Part shown: piece by piece, positions 1-13,359 of the stretch | Layout: every line of letters starts with the position of its first letter | Position numbering within the stretch: the stretch's first letter is position 1 | Translations under genes and position numbers: made by a program | Assembly: GCA_964016885.1 (NCBI GenBank) | Contig: OZ024740.1 | Span: 218,550,001 to 218,614,000, forward strand | Direction: 5' to 3' | Source of the DNA: Eledone cirrhosa | Lineage: Eukaryota | Length of the DNA stretch: 64,000 nt | The notes under the pieces: generated by a model | Databases searched by the model: none | The model's input: only the letters and a program-made list of their open reading frames with translations | What the model was told of the DNA's origin: nothing

Positions 1-92
1 AGATATATATATATATATATAGTGACAAGTATAATATACATACATATTTCAAACATATGTATATATATATATATATATATACACACAGCCAT

Positions 93-137
<45 letters not shown>

Positions 138-217
138 TTCAACACACACACATATAAAATATAAAAGATATATATATAGTGACAAGTATAATATACATAC
201 ATATTTCAAACACACAC

Positions 218-284
<67 letters not shown>

Positions 285-487
285 CTAGATCTATATTTAA
301 TATATTAAACTCTCTCCCTCTCTCGCGCTCTCTCACTTTACCCAATTTATAACTCACCTCCTTCTCACCCTTTCATTCTAGCTCTCCCTCTCCCTCTTTA
401 TATATACATATATATATATGTGTGTGTGTGAATTTATGTGTGTATATATATATATATATATATAACACATATATATTACACACAAAG

Positions 488-555
<68 letters not shown>

Positions 556-927
556 ATGTGTGTATGTGTGTGTATATATGTATGTGTGTGTGTGTATGTA
601 TGTATGTATATAATACATAGACATACTTTTCTTCTGAATAAAGGTGAACACATGTAATAAACTAAGAAACTAAGAAGTATAAGGAGACTAAAAGGACTTG
701 GGGGTGGAAAGTAAAGTAAACAAAGTCTATTCTTGAGTGTGACTTATTGGGTGAGTGTGTGTGTGTTAGTGTGTGAGTGTTAGTGTGTGTGTGTGTGTGT
801 TAATATGGGAGTATGTGTGTGCGTGAGTGAAAGGTAAACAGAGTGCACAGCTTATGTTAGCTCACATGGTACTGGGGAGTAACAAGCATTACATGTTAAT
901 GCATATGTGTATTTCGATGTGGATATG

Positions 928-959
<32 letters not shown>

Positions 960-962
960 CAC

Positions 963-994
<32 letters not shown>

Positions 995-996
995 AC

Positions 997-1030
<34 letters not shown>

Positions 1031-1291
1031 ATATACATACATAGGTACATATTTAAAGATGTAGATATGTTATATATAAATACACATATATATATACATG
1101 CATTCATATGTATATCTCTCTATGTAGGTATGTTTGTGTGGGTATGTATGTATTCATATTTTTTTTATTGGTTTAAGTCATATTAGCCTGCGGCCATGTT
1201 AGGGCATCAGCATGATTTAGTCAAACGTATCAACCCCAATTTAGTATTTATCTCCTGTTGTGTGAGTGCATATATATATATATATATATAT

Positions 1292-1488
1292 GAAAAGTAT
1301 GACCCCGACGGCAGAGCTCAAGCCGTTTCAACGGCTATTTCTGGACTTTGAGACCAGAAATAGCCGTCTAAACGGCTTGAGCTCTGCTGTCGGGGTCATA
1401 CTTTTTCCTATTACCCACTCTAGTACCCTAAGTATTGAGTACTCTGGTGCGTTATGGTCCACCTGGTTCCTTACCACAATTCCTTTGT

Positions 1489-1490
<2 letters not shown>
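1292..1490 (+). mobile_element. Palindromic mini-element family A in (TA)n
   Basis: ~55-bp inverted arms plus tail ...CCCTAAGTATTGAGTACTCTGGTGCGTTATGGTCCACCTGGTTCCTTACCAC. Other copies at 2312, 3476, 5577, 7572, 22915, 47390, 53651. Confidence 0.8.
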
Positions 1491-1542
<52 letters not shown>

Positions 1543-1922
1543 CGAAACATAAGTCAATTGTATGAACTCATAATCCTTTATATATATATATATATACCCT
1601 ACTTCTTCTATACATGTGTTACCGATACCAACTCACCCTGTATAGCATTACGGTCGGAATTTACCCTGCTTCCAACTCGGTGTCATCTTCATGAACATAC
1701 ATACATACATTTGTGTATATATATGTGTGTGTGGGGGGTGTATACAAGTATAAATAAAAGCTTAAAATATATAGAGCATAGTTAATAGTAAATTAGAGTG
1801 AACAGTAAAGATTAAAACTTTTCGTACGGGAAAACAGTAACAGGAAACTCTGAGTAACAGCAGTATAATATAACTCGTCTTATCATATTTGAACATTTGG
1901 ACACACACACACACACATACAC

Positions 1923-1960
<38 letters not shown>

Positions 1961-2051
1961 CGATGAAATGCCTATGACGGTTGGAAGGCCACTGATGAAG
2001 GACAAACTTTTTCATATGTAACCCATTTGCAACGCCGCAGCACCATTATTA

Positions 2052-2114
<63 letters not shown>

Positions 2115-2120
2115 TATATA

Positions 2121-2290
2121 TGAATGTATATATAGTGTATTTTGCAATACACTGTATGCTTAATTAAAAGCATTTTGAAGGCCTTACGCTAAGGCCTTCA
2201 AAATGCTTTTAATTAAGCATACAGTGTATTGCAAAATACACTATATATACATTCATATATATATCGATCGCTATTTCAGAGCACCAATTG
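2121..2290. repeat. Perfect palindrome with ~65-bp arms between (TA)n tracts
   Basis: TGAATGTATA...AAGGCCTTA cgc TAAGGCCTT...TATACATTCA. Confidence 0.9.
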
Positions 2291-2593
2291 TATATATATA
2301 TATATATATATATGGTCCATCTGGTTCCTTACCCCATTCCTTCATTATATATATATATTTTCATTCATATATATTTTTATTTGTCTGACCCGAATTCTCT
2401 TGGTCGCGTTTTTCGGCTGTGCGAGTGATTGTTTAAGCATTGTCTCAGTGTGTTGGTATTTAAACGTTAGTTATAGCTCTGGTTTATCCAAACTATTGAG
2501 CACTTTGCCACAGATTTCGAATATTGTGTTTCGTTATTTCGTGGGCCGAGGTTCCGATTCTCGATAATTTATATGTGTATATATATATAAGTA

Positions 2594-2788
2594 CGAGTGT
2601 CGCCTGAAAAGTTCATAAACTGACCAAGATACTCTCATGGAATGACCAAATGAGGTTTATTTTTCAACATAGTCCCCGGAAAGAAACAATGCAGTTATTA
2701 ATTAAGAAGAGTTGAAATTAATGCATGCTAGATTTCATAGCTCTAGCATTACTCCTTCATAGAGTCTGAACTTTTAAGCCCACTCTCG
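2594..2788. mobile_element. Mariner-type MITE
   Basis: TA-CGAGTGTCGCCTGAAAAGTTCA / TGAACTTTTAAGCCCACTCTCG-TA. Confidence 0.7.
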
Positions 2789-2798
2789 TATTTATTTA

Positions 2799-2831
<33 letters not shown>

Positions 2832-3151
2832 TGGTAAACGGAAAAGAAAATGCTGACAAATTGTTCCCAGCGAAAAATAGTTTAATTAGGAATAAGTAAA
2901 AATTAGTAATAGTATTGGTTAGTATTCAGTTTTGGTTTTAAGTTTTACCGGTTGCGCATTTCTAATGCTTTTCAAAAATAATTTTGAGATAGAGCGCCCA
3001 TATATATCTTCTTAAGGTTTGTTGGTTCACCACTTGATAGAATTGGTCATTCCGTATGGTCAATCTTGGTGTAATATTGTGGAGAGTACTCTACGTGGTG
3101 CAGTTCTCCCGTCTTCGTTTGTGTAGTTGGTGGTGCGAATACGGAGTTAAT

Positions 3152-3468
3152 TATAAATAAAAATAACAGGAGGCTGGACTGGTGTAAATCCTTGAAAGGT
3201 TTATTATACTATGATCATTTCAATGACCGGGTTCCATATGAATCCGGTGATATCATCAGGTATTCGAAATATAACAAAAGAATATGTAAAAACCATGGAT
3301 CCGAATCTCTGATTTTTCGGACCCATGGTTTTTACATATTCCTTTGTTATATTTCGAATACCTGATGATATCACCGGATTCATATGGAACCCGGTCATTG
3401 AAATGATCATAGTATAATAAACCTTTCAAGGATTTACACCAGTCCAGCCTCCTGTTATTTTTATTTAT
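3152..3468. mobile_element. Palindromic element with ~155-bp arms, a hammerhead in each
   Basis: 3152-3305 is the reverse complement of 3316-3468 with few mismatches. Confidence 0.85.
3358..3415 (+). ncRNA. Type I hammerhead ribozyme (inverted copy at 3206-3263)
   Basis: Stem I ATAC/GTAT; CTGATGA 3362-68; stem II ACCGG/CCGGT; GAAA 3400-03; palindromic TGATCA; AUA. Confidence 0.78.
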
Positions 3469-3475
3469 ATATATA

Positions 3476-3653
3476 ATGAAGGAAGTGTGCTAAGGAACCA
3501 GATGGACCATAACGAACCAGAGTACTCAATACTTAGGGTAGTAAAGTGGGTAAATGGAAAATGTTTGACCCCAACGGCAGAGCTCAAGCTGTTTCGACGG
3601 CTATTTCAGTCCAGAAATAGCCGTCGAAACGGCTTGAGCTCTGCCGTCGAGGT

Positions 3654-3660
<7 letters not shown>
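3476..3660 (-). mobile_element. Family A copy
   Basis: Reverse-complement tail plus palindrome 3566-3656. Confidence 0.8.
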
Positions 3661-3714
<54 letters not shown>

Positions 3715-3737
3715 ATATATATATATATATATATATA

Positions 3738-3925
3738 ACGACGATGAGTGTTCTAGTTGCTCGCTCAACGGAACAACTCGTTATATTAACACACATCTTA
3801 GGGACATAAAGCATGACAGTGGGACACAAGAAAGGCCCTTCGAGATACTGTTACAGTGAATCTAACAGGCTACTAAACAGTTGTTTGTACACACACATAT
3901 ATAGTTAAGAAATGAAACAAACAAA

Positions 3926-4021
<96 letters not shown>

Positions 4022-4252
4022 AGCGTTAACCTAATATAACTGTGTAAGAATTGCATCCTGTGTTTTGTTTGTTTCATTTCTTAACTATATATGTGTGTGT
4101 ACAAACAACTGTTTAGTAGCCTGTTAGATTCACTGTAACAGTATCTCGAAGGGCCTTTCTTGTGTCACACTGTCATGCTTTATGTCCCTAAGATGTGTGT
4201 TAATATAACGAGTCGTTCGGTTGAGCGAGCAACTAGAACACTCATCGTCGTT
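3738..4252. repeat. Inverted repeat with ~190-bp arms around a (CA)n(TA)n core
   Basis: 3738-3926 versus 4063-4252. The arm resembles the SINE tail at 50350-50505. Confidence 0.85.
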
Positions 4253-4558
4253 ACCGACAGAGATCCTTTCATTTTTGATATTCCGACGACAAAATTAATA
4301 TTCTGCCAAACGTTATTTAATTTCGATTTTTTAAAGCCTTGTAGCTATTATTTTTTTTAAATTATTATCAAAGAAAATTGATCGAAAGGCGGAGAGATAG
4401 AGTGACCAGAGGGTGTGAGGAGGGGGAGAGAGAGAGAGACAGTGAAAGGGTGGTTGTGTGTGTATTATTTTATGTGAGAGAGACAGAGAGATGTTGAGAG
4501 AGGGCGAGAAATTTGGTGATGGAGAAACAAATACACACACATGCGCATACAGCCACAC

Positions 4559-4592
<34 letters not shown>

Positions 4593-4767
4593 CAAACATC
4601 ACGGACGCTCTATCTCAAAATTATTTTTGAAAAGCATTAGAAATGCGCAACCGGTAAAACTTAAAACCAAAACTTAATACTAACCAATACTATTACTAAT
4701 TATCACTTATTCCTAATTAAACTATTTTTCACTGTGAACAATTTGTCAGCATTTTCTATTCCGTTTA

Positions 4768-4802
<35 letters not shown>

Positions 4803-4832
4803 AATATTTGTTTATAAAACTGATCTATATTA

Positions 4833-4897
4833 TATTTTATCTGATGAAAGCGCACCATAATTTGCTTTGGTGTCCTTGAAATATGTATAATGAAATA
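4833..4897 (+). ncRNA. Type I hammerhead ribozyme
   Basis: TATTTTAT-CTGATGA-AAG..CACCA/TGGTG..CTT-GAAA-TATGTA-TA-ATGAAATA. Same family at 47910-47970(-) and truncated at 5431-5483. Confidence 0.78.
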
Positions 4898-5025
4898 AAT
4901 ATGGTTTTATAATTATAGTTTCCATTTGTTAATATATCGTATTTTTACTTCAAAAATTGTTGAGTGCTTTATATCAGTTATAAAAATATTTGCTTGTTGT
5001 ATCCCAACAAATTAAATATAACTTC

Positions 5026-5068
<43 letters not shown>

Positions 5069-5525
5069 GGCTTCTACGGGACTAGAACTGTTTCATTCGG
5101 TATATTAAATATTTATACTCTGCTATGTATTGTTGGAGACACAGGACATGGCAGCGATAATGAGGGACAGAGACCGCTGGAGAGAACTGGTCTATGGGTC
5201 TAGGGAATTTTACCCGCCCTAGATAGATAGATAGATGTATTGAGTACCTTACTGTGGTTACCCGCGATTGAACCCGGGATACATACGCACAAACACACAC
5301 ATACACACACGTGTGTGTTTGTGTGTGTGTGTGAGGTAAGTGGAGTGAGTTCAGTCCGTTTCTGTGTTGGTGTGTATTGCCAATGGACGTGTGTCGTGTC
5401 TAGATGTGTGCGTGTATATATTATATATATATCTGAAAGCGTACCAAAGTTTTTGGTACCCTTGAAATATATATAATAGAATAAATATGGTTTTATAAAT
5501 ATAGTTTCCATTTATTTAATATCAT

Positions 5526-5576
<51 letters not shown>

Positions 5577-5578
<2 letters not shown>

Positions 5579-5847
5579 CGAAGGAGTTGTGGTAAGGAAC
5601 CAGGTGGACCATAACGCACCAGAGTACTCAATACTTAGAATAGTAGAATAGTAGAGTTGGTAATAGGAAAAAAGTATGACCCCGGCGGCAGAGCTCAAGC
5701 CGTTTCGACGGCTATTTCTGGACTAGAACGGATCTAGCTGTCAAAACGACCGGAGCTCAGCCGTTGGGGTCGTGTCTTTTCGTATTACCCACTCTATTAC
5801 CCCAAATATCGTGTATGGTCTAGCTGGTTTTTTACCACACCCTATCT

Positions 5848-5850
<3 letters not shown>
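5577..5850. mobile_element. Family A, head-to-head pair of two subfamilies
   Basis: Left arm is family A (-); right arm is a diverged variant (+); (TA)n on both sides. Confidence 0.7.
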
Positions 5851-5889
<39 letters not shown>

Positions 5890-6204
5890 AAGTATGTGTA
5901 TATATATATATATGTGTGTATATATATATACACACACTTTTTAAATGTGTGTATGTACTGAGAGAGAGAGAGAAAGAAAGGAAGAGAGAGACAGACAGTA
6001 TTGTGGGGGGGGGGGGACTTAGCAGGGTGTTTAGTTAACAAGGGTGTTGCGCCATTTTGATTTTTTCTTTACTTTTTTTGTTTTGTTTTGTTCACGTGAC
6101 TAGTTTGCTACCCGGGCTGACTTGAACTGCTTCACCCCGTAGCATCTGTCAAATACCCCGTCAGCAGCAAAAGCTGTCGTTTGCAAGACTGCGTGAAATA
6201 GGAG

Positions 6205-6580
6205 CTGTTGTTGTTGTTGTTAGTAGTGGTAGTGGTGGTGGTGATGGTGGAGTTGATGTTGGTGGTGGTAGTAGTGTTGTTGTTGGTGGTGGTGGTGGTG
6301 GTGGTGGTAGTGTTGTTGTTGTTGGTGTTGGTGGTGGTGGAGTTGATGTTGACGATGCTGGTGGTGATGGTGTTGTTTTTGTTATTGGTAGTGTTGTTGG
6401 TAGTGACGATGGCGGTGGTATCGGGGGGTGTAGAGAGCGCGCTTCTGGTGGTGGTGGTGATGGTGGTGGTAGTTGTGTTATTGGTAAAGGTGGTGCTGAT
6501 AGTAATGACGGTGGCTGTGTTGTTGGAGTTTGGAGGGTGATCCTGGTGTTGGTGGTCGTCATCGTGGTGGCGGTGGGAGT
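6205..6580. repeat. Degenerate (GTT/GGT)n
   Basis: Direct reading. Confidence 0.9.
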
Positions 6581-7090
6581 TAGCAGTTGTATTGTACAAC
6601 TGACTTTCAAGAGGTGGAGTCAGTATAAAAAATATTTGATTCTCGTTTTCAAGCAACAGTCTGACTTATAACACCACTCCCCACCTGCTTCACCTACCCC
6701 ACCACCACCTACTACTACTACTACTACTGAGACGAACTAAGAAAAGAGACCCCCACTCTAGGTGGTCACTCAACACTGCTAGCAATAGCAGCGAAGTTTC
6801 CTCATATCATACGATATCGTCTGATATAATTGAGGGGGTTGATACATTAAATAGTGTAGTCTGCCCAACATACGACTAAAATGGGGTGATGGTCATAGTT
6901 GGACAGCTTGCGACTGTAGGTATACTTAGTCAATATTAACCGGGGGCTAGATAATAACTGTAACTATCATAATTTCTCTAACTACCACCACCAACACCAC
7001 TAACTACAACAACACCAACACCACCAACATCACTAACATCACCACCATATACGAATAACAGTTTCAACACCACCAACAGCAACACCAACA

Positions 7091-7159
<69 letters not shown>

Positions 7160-7195
7160 TACATACATGCATACACACACACACACATACATACA

Positions 7196-7229
<34 letters not shown>

Positions 7230-7347
7230 CATGATGGCTGCCCCCTCGTTATCGAGTATGGCCATTGCACGAGGAGAAAGAAAAAAAAAATAAATAAATA
7301 AATAAATTTTAAAAAAACATACATACATACATACATACATACATACA

Positions 7348-7378
<31 letters not shown>

Positions 7379-7427
7379 GTATGTGTGTTTGTATATATAT
7401 ATATATGGTGGGGGAGGGGGTATACAT

Positions 7428-7463
<36 letters not shown>

Positions 7464-7530
7464 GCACATACATACATACATACATATGTATGTGTGTTTG
7501 TATATATATATATATGGTGGGGGAGGGGGT

Positions 7531-7571
<41 letters not shown>

Positions 7572-7573
<2 letters not shown>

Positions 7574-7681
7574 GGAAAAGCGTCAGGACCTCGACGGCTA
7601 AGCTCCGGCCGTTTCGACAGCCAGATCCGAACTCGAGTACTCTGCTGCGTTATGGTCCACCTGGTTCCTTAGCACACTTCC

Positions 7682-7685
<4 letters not shown>
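7572..7685. mobile_element. Family A short rearranged copy
   Basis: Variant arm (-) joined to family A tail (+); flanked by (TA)n. Confidence 0.65.
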
Positions 7686-7730
<45 letters not shown>

Positions 7731-7897
7731 TTTAGTACAGCATAGACGAAGCTCTAGTATACGGCCAAGCTAGCGTGTATGCTTATTCGGTTTGTAGCTT
7801 TAGCACTCATATGAGGTAAGACCCCAGAGTATAACATTATGTTCAGACAGCTTAGCAAATTAGATATAGCAGTCGGCAGTCCGACATATATATATAT

Positions 7898-8450
7898 GGA
7901 CGCCATGCTTTTCAGCATAGAGTTATGGCCCTTTGCGGTCTGAGTTCAAATCCCGCCGAAGTTAACTTCGCTTTTCATCCTTACAGGGTCGATAAAATAA
8001 AGTACCAGTAATGTACTGTAGTCGATTTAATCGACTTTCCAGTCCCCTTAAAAAAAAAAATTGCTGGCCTTGTGCCTAAAGTAGAAACCATTAGCAGTGT
8101 CGGTAGAGGGTCAGACGCCATGCTTTGCAGCATAGAGTTACGGCCCTTTATGTTCAGAGTTCAAATCTCGCCGAGGTTAACTTTGCCATTCATCCTTACG
8201 GGTTCAATAAAATAAAGTACCAGTAATACACTGGATTAATTGCTGGCCTTGTGCCTAAAGTAGAAACCATTAGCAGTGTCGGTAGAGGGTCAGACGCCAT
8301 GCTTTGCAGCAGAGAGTTACGGCCCTTTATGTTCAGAGTTCAAATACCGCCGAGGTTAACTTTGCTTTTCATCCTTACGGGTTCAATAAAATAAAGTACC
8401 AGTAATACACTGGGTTATTGCTGGCCTTGTGCCTAAAGTAGAAACCATTA
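7898..8450 (+). mobile_element. Three tandem tRNA-derived SINEs (Nin/Deu-domain-like core)
   Basis: B-box GAGTTCAAATCCC and core GCCTTTCATCCTTACGGGGTCGATAAAATAAAGTACCAG, repeated three times. Confidence 0.85.
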
Positions 8451-8567
8451 TTTACATCGACCGACTGTTGTTACAGATATTTTCTACATTAGGGATTCCC
8501 ACATTTTCAAGCAAGTCTGACTTAAATATATATATGCCACCCCTTCACGCCATTTCTCAATTTATCA

Positions 8568-9125
8568 TTCTCTCTCCTCTTCTCTCTTTTCTCGCTTAGT
8601 TCTCTCTCTATACTCTCTCCCTCTCTCTATACTCTCTCTCTCACTACACTCTCTCCCTCTACTCTCTCTCACTACACTCTCTCCCTCTCTCACTACACTC
8701 TCTCCCTCTCTCTCTACTCTCTCTCACTACACTCTCTCCCTCTCTCACTGCACTCTCTCCCTCTCTCTCTACTCTCTCTCACTACACTCACTCCCTCTCT
8801 CTCTACTCTCTCTCACTACACTCTCTTCCTCTCTCTCTACTCTCTCTCCCTCTCTCCGCACTGTATCTCCCTCTCCCTCTCGCCCTCTCTCTACACATAC
8901 TCTCTACACACATACTCTCTCTAACTATATCTCTCAACACTCTCTCTACACATACACTCTCTACACTATATCTCTCTCTCTCTACACTATATCTCTCTCT
9001 CCATACTCTGTCTCTTTCTCCACACACTCCCCCCTCTCTCTTTACACACACTCTATTTCTCCCTCTCTCTTCACACTATCACTCCACCCCCACCCCCCTA
9101 TATCTCCCTCTCCCCTCCCATCTCA
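8568..9125. repeat. CT-rich minisatellite
   Basis: Direct reading. Confidence 0.85.
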
Positions 9126-9440
9126 TATCTATATTACAAAACACCTCCAACTACTACCTCTACAGAACACAAATGACACGACTGCTTATTCAGGGTACGA
9201 TATGTGTGTGGGGGGAGGGGACATCATTTTTTTATACATATATATATATATATGTGTGTATATATATGTTATATATATATATATACATACCCGGACCCGC
9301 ACCCACTGATATATATACACGCACATACACCCATATTTACACACTCTCACACGCAGACATAGATATGTATGTATATATAAATATATATGTATATATATGT
9401 ATGTATTTATGTAAATATATATATGTATGTATGTATATAA

Positions 9441-9488
<48 letters not shown>

Positions 9489-9557
9489 TTATGTAAATAT
9501 ATATTTGTATGTATATAAATATGTAAATATATATATGTATATATATATGTGTATGTG

Positions 9558-9606
<49 letters not shown>

Positions 9607-10019
9607 GTATATGTATGTATGTATGTATATGTGTATGTTTGTATGGATTGATATTTATATAGTCACATACACACGCATACATATATATATGTACGCACGC
9701 AGACATACACTCACACACAGAAACCATACAGACACACACTCACACACACACACACCATACAGACACACACACAGTTGTTGCTTGAATGAAGCAAGCTACC
9801 CGGGGTCTATATGACATTACCCCTCCCCCCACCCGGGGTCTATATGACATTACCCCACCCCTCCCTCCACCACGCACTCAGGAACAACCCCCCCCCTCCT
9901 CCTCTACAAACTTGTCTATATAGCTACACTGTTGCCTTGGGAACGGGGGGTGCGGCTTCAGGGGCGTGGAACCATGAAGAGTCACAGTGGCGCTGTGGTA
10001 GGGACGTGATACAGTAGGG

Positions 10020-11360
10020 GGTGGTGGTGGTGGTGGTGGTGGTGGTGGTACTGCGGTAGATCATGGTGATGGGGATGATGGTAATGATGATGATGATGAT
10101 GATGGTGCCACTAATGGTGATGGTGGTAATGATGGCGGTGGTGGTGGTGGGGATGATGGTAATGATGATGATGATGTTACTAATGGTGATGGTGGTGGTG
10201 ATGTTGATGATGGTGATGATGGCAGTGATGGTGATGGTGGTAATGATGGTGGTGGTGGTGGTGATGGCCGTGATGATGATGATGATGATGTCACTAATGG
10301 TGATGGTAATGATGATGATGCTAATGGTGATGATGCTAGTCAAGCCCCCCCCCCCCCCGTCCTATTCTACTCTCTGCAACAGACGCTACACTACGGTGCT
10401 GCACTCAATGCCTTTTACTCTATATTTTACTTTCGTCTTTCTTAATATTTACCCGAGTTCCATTCCCGGCGGAATTGCCTTCAGCTTTCCAGGGTCGGTA
10501 TATAAAGAACTAGCTGGTGGTGGGGCTGGGGGTGATGGTGGGTGGATACTGATGGTGGTGGTGGGGGGGGGGGGTAATGGGGTGATAATGATGATGGTGG
10601 TGGTGGTGGTAATGGGTTGATACTGATGGTGGTGGTGGTGGTGGTGATGGTGGGTTGATACTGATGGTGGTGGTGGTGGTGGTAATGGGTTGATACTGAT
10701 GGTGGTGGTGGGGGGGGGTTGATACTGATGATGGTGATGGTGGTGGTGGTGATGGTGGGTTGATACTGATGATGGTGGTGGGGGTGGGGTGTATGGTGGG
10801 TTGATACTGATGATGGTGGTGGGGGTGGTAGTAATGGGGTGATAATGATGATGGTGGTGGTGGTGGTGGGTTGATACTGATGATGGGGGTGGGGGTGTAT
10901 GGTGGGTTGATACTGATGATGGTGGTGGGGGTGGGGTGTATGGTGGGTTGATACTGATGATGGTGGTGTTGGTGGTAGTAATGGGGTGATAATGATGATG
11001 GTGGTGGTGGTAATGGGTTGATACTGATGGTGGTGGTGGTGGGGGGGGGTTGATACTGATGGTGGTGGTGGTGGTGGTGATGGTGGGTTGATACTGATGG
11101 TGGTGGTGGGGGTGGGGTGTATGGTGGGTTGATACTGATGATGGTGGTGGGGGTGGGGTGTATGGTGGGTTGATACTGATGATGGTGGTGTTGGTGGTGG
11201 TGGTGGTAATAAGGTAATAATAGTGGGGGGGTGTAATGGGGTGATGATGGTGGTGGTGGTAATGGGGTGATAATAATGATGGTGGTGGTGGTGGTGGAGA
11301 TGATGATTGTAATGGGGTAATGGGAGGAAGAGGGTGATGATGGAGATGGGTTGATGATGG
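10020..11360. repeat. (GGT/GAT)n and GGGTTGATACTGATGGT minisatellite
   Basis: Direct reading. Confidence 0.9.
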
Positions 11361-11399
11361 TTGTGTGGGAATGATGTTGATGATGGGAGGATGAGAGAA

Positions 11400-11562
11400 A
11401 TAATTGCCAGCAATTATCCCAGTACATTACTGGTACTTTATTTTATCGACCCCGTAAGGATGAAAGGCAAAGTTAACCTCGGCGGAATTTGAACTCAGTT
11501 CGTAAAGGGACGTAACTGTGCTCAAAGCATGGCGTCTGACCCTCTACCGATACTGCCAATCC
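11400..11562 (-). mobile_element. Same SINE family
   Basis: Reverse complement of the core and head. Confidence 0.85.
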
Positions 11563-11991
11563 AATGTATCTATGACTGCATTATCTAACATATATTCTTC
11601 TATTTAAATTTTTTTTAATGACATGGTGTAATTTGAGGGAAGATTTGACTGTTATTTCTAGCATGTCGACTTACTACGTAAATATTCAAATTAGAGAAGG
11701 GTTTTGTTACATTTGGTTATTACATATGGAATTGGTATTAAAGCCAGTATAAACGTATCTGTTTCGAAAACAACAAACACCCCTGGGCCTCCCGCCTGAG
11801 GTGAGTTGACATGGGTGAGCATCAGATCATGTTGTTTTGTACTTGTTAAGCCTTACGACTGCATAGTTTAGTTGGTTTCCCTTGATGTTACATCTCATAG
11901 GAGCTTTTGGGTGGGGATTTTACTGATAGGGGGCCCCATGTTAACAACAAATATAATCTGCGTGTGTGTGTATATATATATATATATATAT

Positions 11992-12565
11992 GAATAAAAT
12001 TAGTCCTTCATCAGTGATCTTCCAACCGTCGTTGGTATTTCTTCGCATTAAAGATTAATGCGAAGAAATACCAATGACGGTTGGAAGATCACTGATGAAG
12101 GACTAATTTTATTCATATGTACCCCATTTGCAACAACGCAGCACGCCATTTTTCATATATATATATATATATATGAATAAAGTGGTCCTTCATCAGTGAT
12201 CTTCCAACCATCATCGGTATTACTTCGCTTTAAAGACCATATACCTCCGGTTGGTGCGAGCAACGGCTAAAGAAAGTCGTTGGGACATGTAAATAAAGGG
12301 AACAGCGAGAGTGTAAACAAACAAAGATGGTGAAGCACGAAAAGTGAGGAAGAACGAGTCAAGTCCCAAATTTCCATCTTTGTTTGTTTACACTCTCGCT
12401 GTTCCCTTTATTTACGTGTCCCAACGACTTTCTTTAGCCGTTGCTCGCACCAACCGGGGGTATATGGTCTTTAAAGCGAAGAAATACCGATAATAGTTGG
12501 AAGATCACTGATGAAGGACCACTTTATTCATATGTAACCCATTTGCAACTCCGCAGCACGTTTAT

Positions 12566-12570
<5 letters not shown>
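11992..12570. mobile_element. Two adjacent palindromic elements, family C
   Basis: 11992-12155 (arms ~60 bp) and 12174-12570 (arms ~165 bp) share the tail CATATGTAACCCATTTGCAAC..GCAGCACG. Relatives at 1960-2050 and 13850-14015. Confidence 0.8.
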
Positions 12571-12640
<70 letters not shown>

Positions 12641-12663
12641 TATATATAATATGCGTGTGTATG

Positions 12664-12731
<68 letters not shown>

Positions 12732-12883
12732 ATTCGTTTTTTAATTTGTTTTGCGAGATTTCTTATCTGAAAACGTGTGTTGAAACAGTTTTTTATTACT
12801 TTGGGAGGGTCATGTTGCCTAGAAAAACACACGCACCTGCTGCGTGTGTTTTTATTGGCAACATGGCCCTCTCAAAGTATAAC

Positions 12884-12964
<81 letters not shown>

Positions 12965-13359
12965 GTATGTATATATATATATGATGGTTGCAACTCGATT
13001 TCGAGTAATGCCTTGATACTTAAGCATGAGCATCACGGGCGTGGCTTTTTAGTCCTGCTAGGGACTTACCTATGGCCAGCAATATCATACATCGCAAAAA
13101 ATGTCACATATCAAGCGGTTCCTGTGCTTGAAGCTTTTATAAGTGAGGAAAGGCTTTGCATGAGGCCAATCCCACTCTCTGAACATCAAACCCAAAAAGT
13201 AGAACTGGTCTAATCATTGGATGAATGCAAACGAAGTCACGGGTTTTATATCAGAGTGACCTTCTCCTAGAGAGATGACTTAATGAAGACTAGGAGTCTC
13301 TCACTCCACAATATATATATATATATGAGAAAAACCACAGACCCTCCATCTCAACTCTA

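Noticed and set aside
10061-11427. Pro/His/Thr-rich, mucin- or extensin-like ORFs (also 6132-6656)
   Set aside because: Trinucleotide repeats open in several frames with no unique domain or splice evidence
12500-12530. CTGATGA in family C as a hammerhead
   Set aside because: No stem II-GAAA-NUH arrangement found in type I, II or III order
12750-12800. CTGAAAA..GAAA fold (also 47685-47725, minus strand)
   Set aside because: C3/A8 mismatch and weak stems; not called, though it may be a decayed hammerhead
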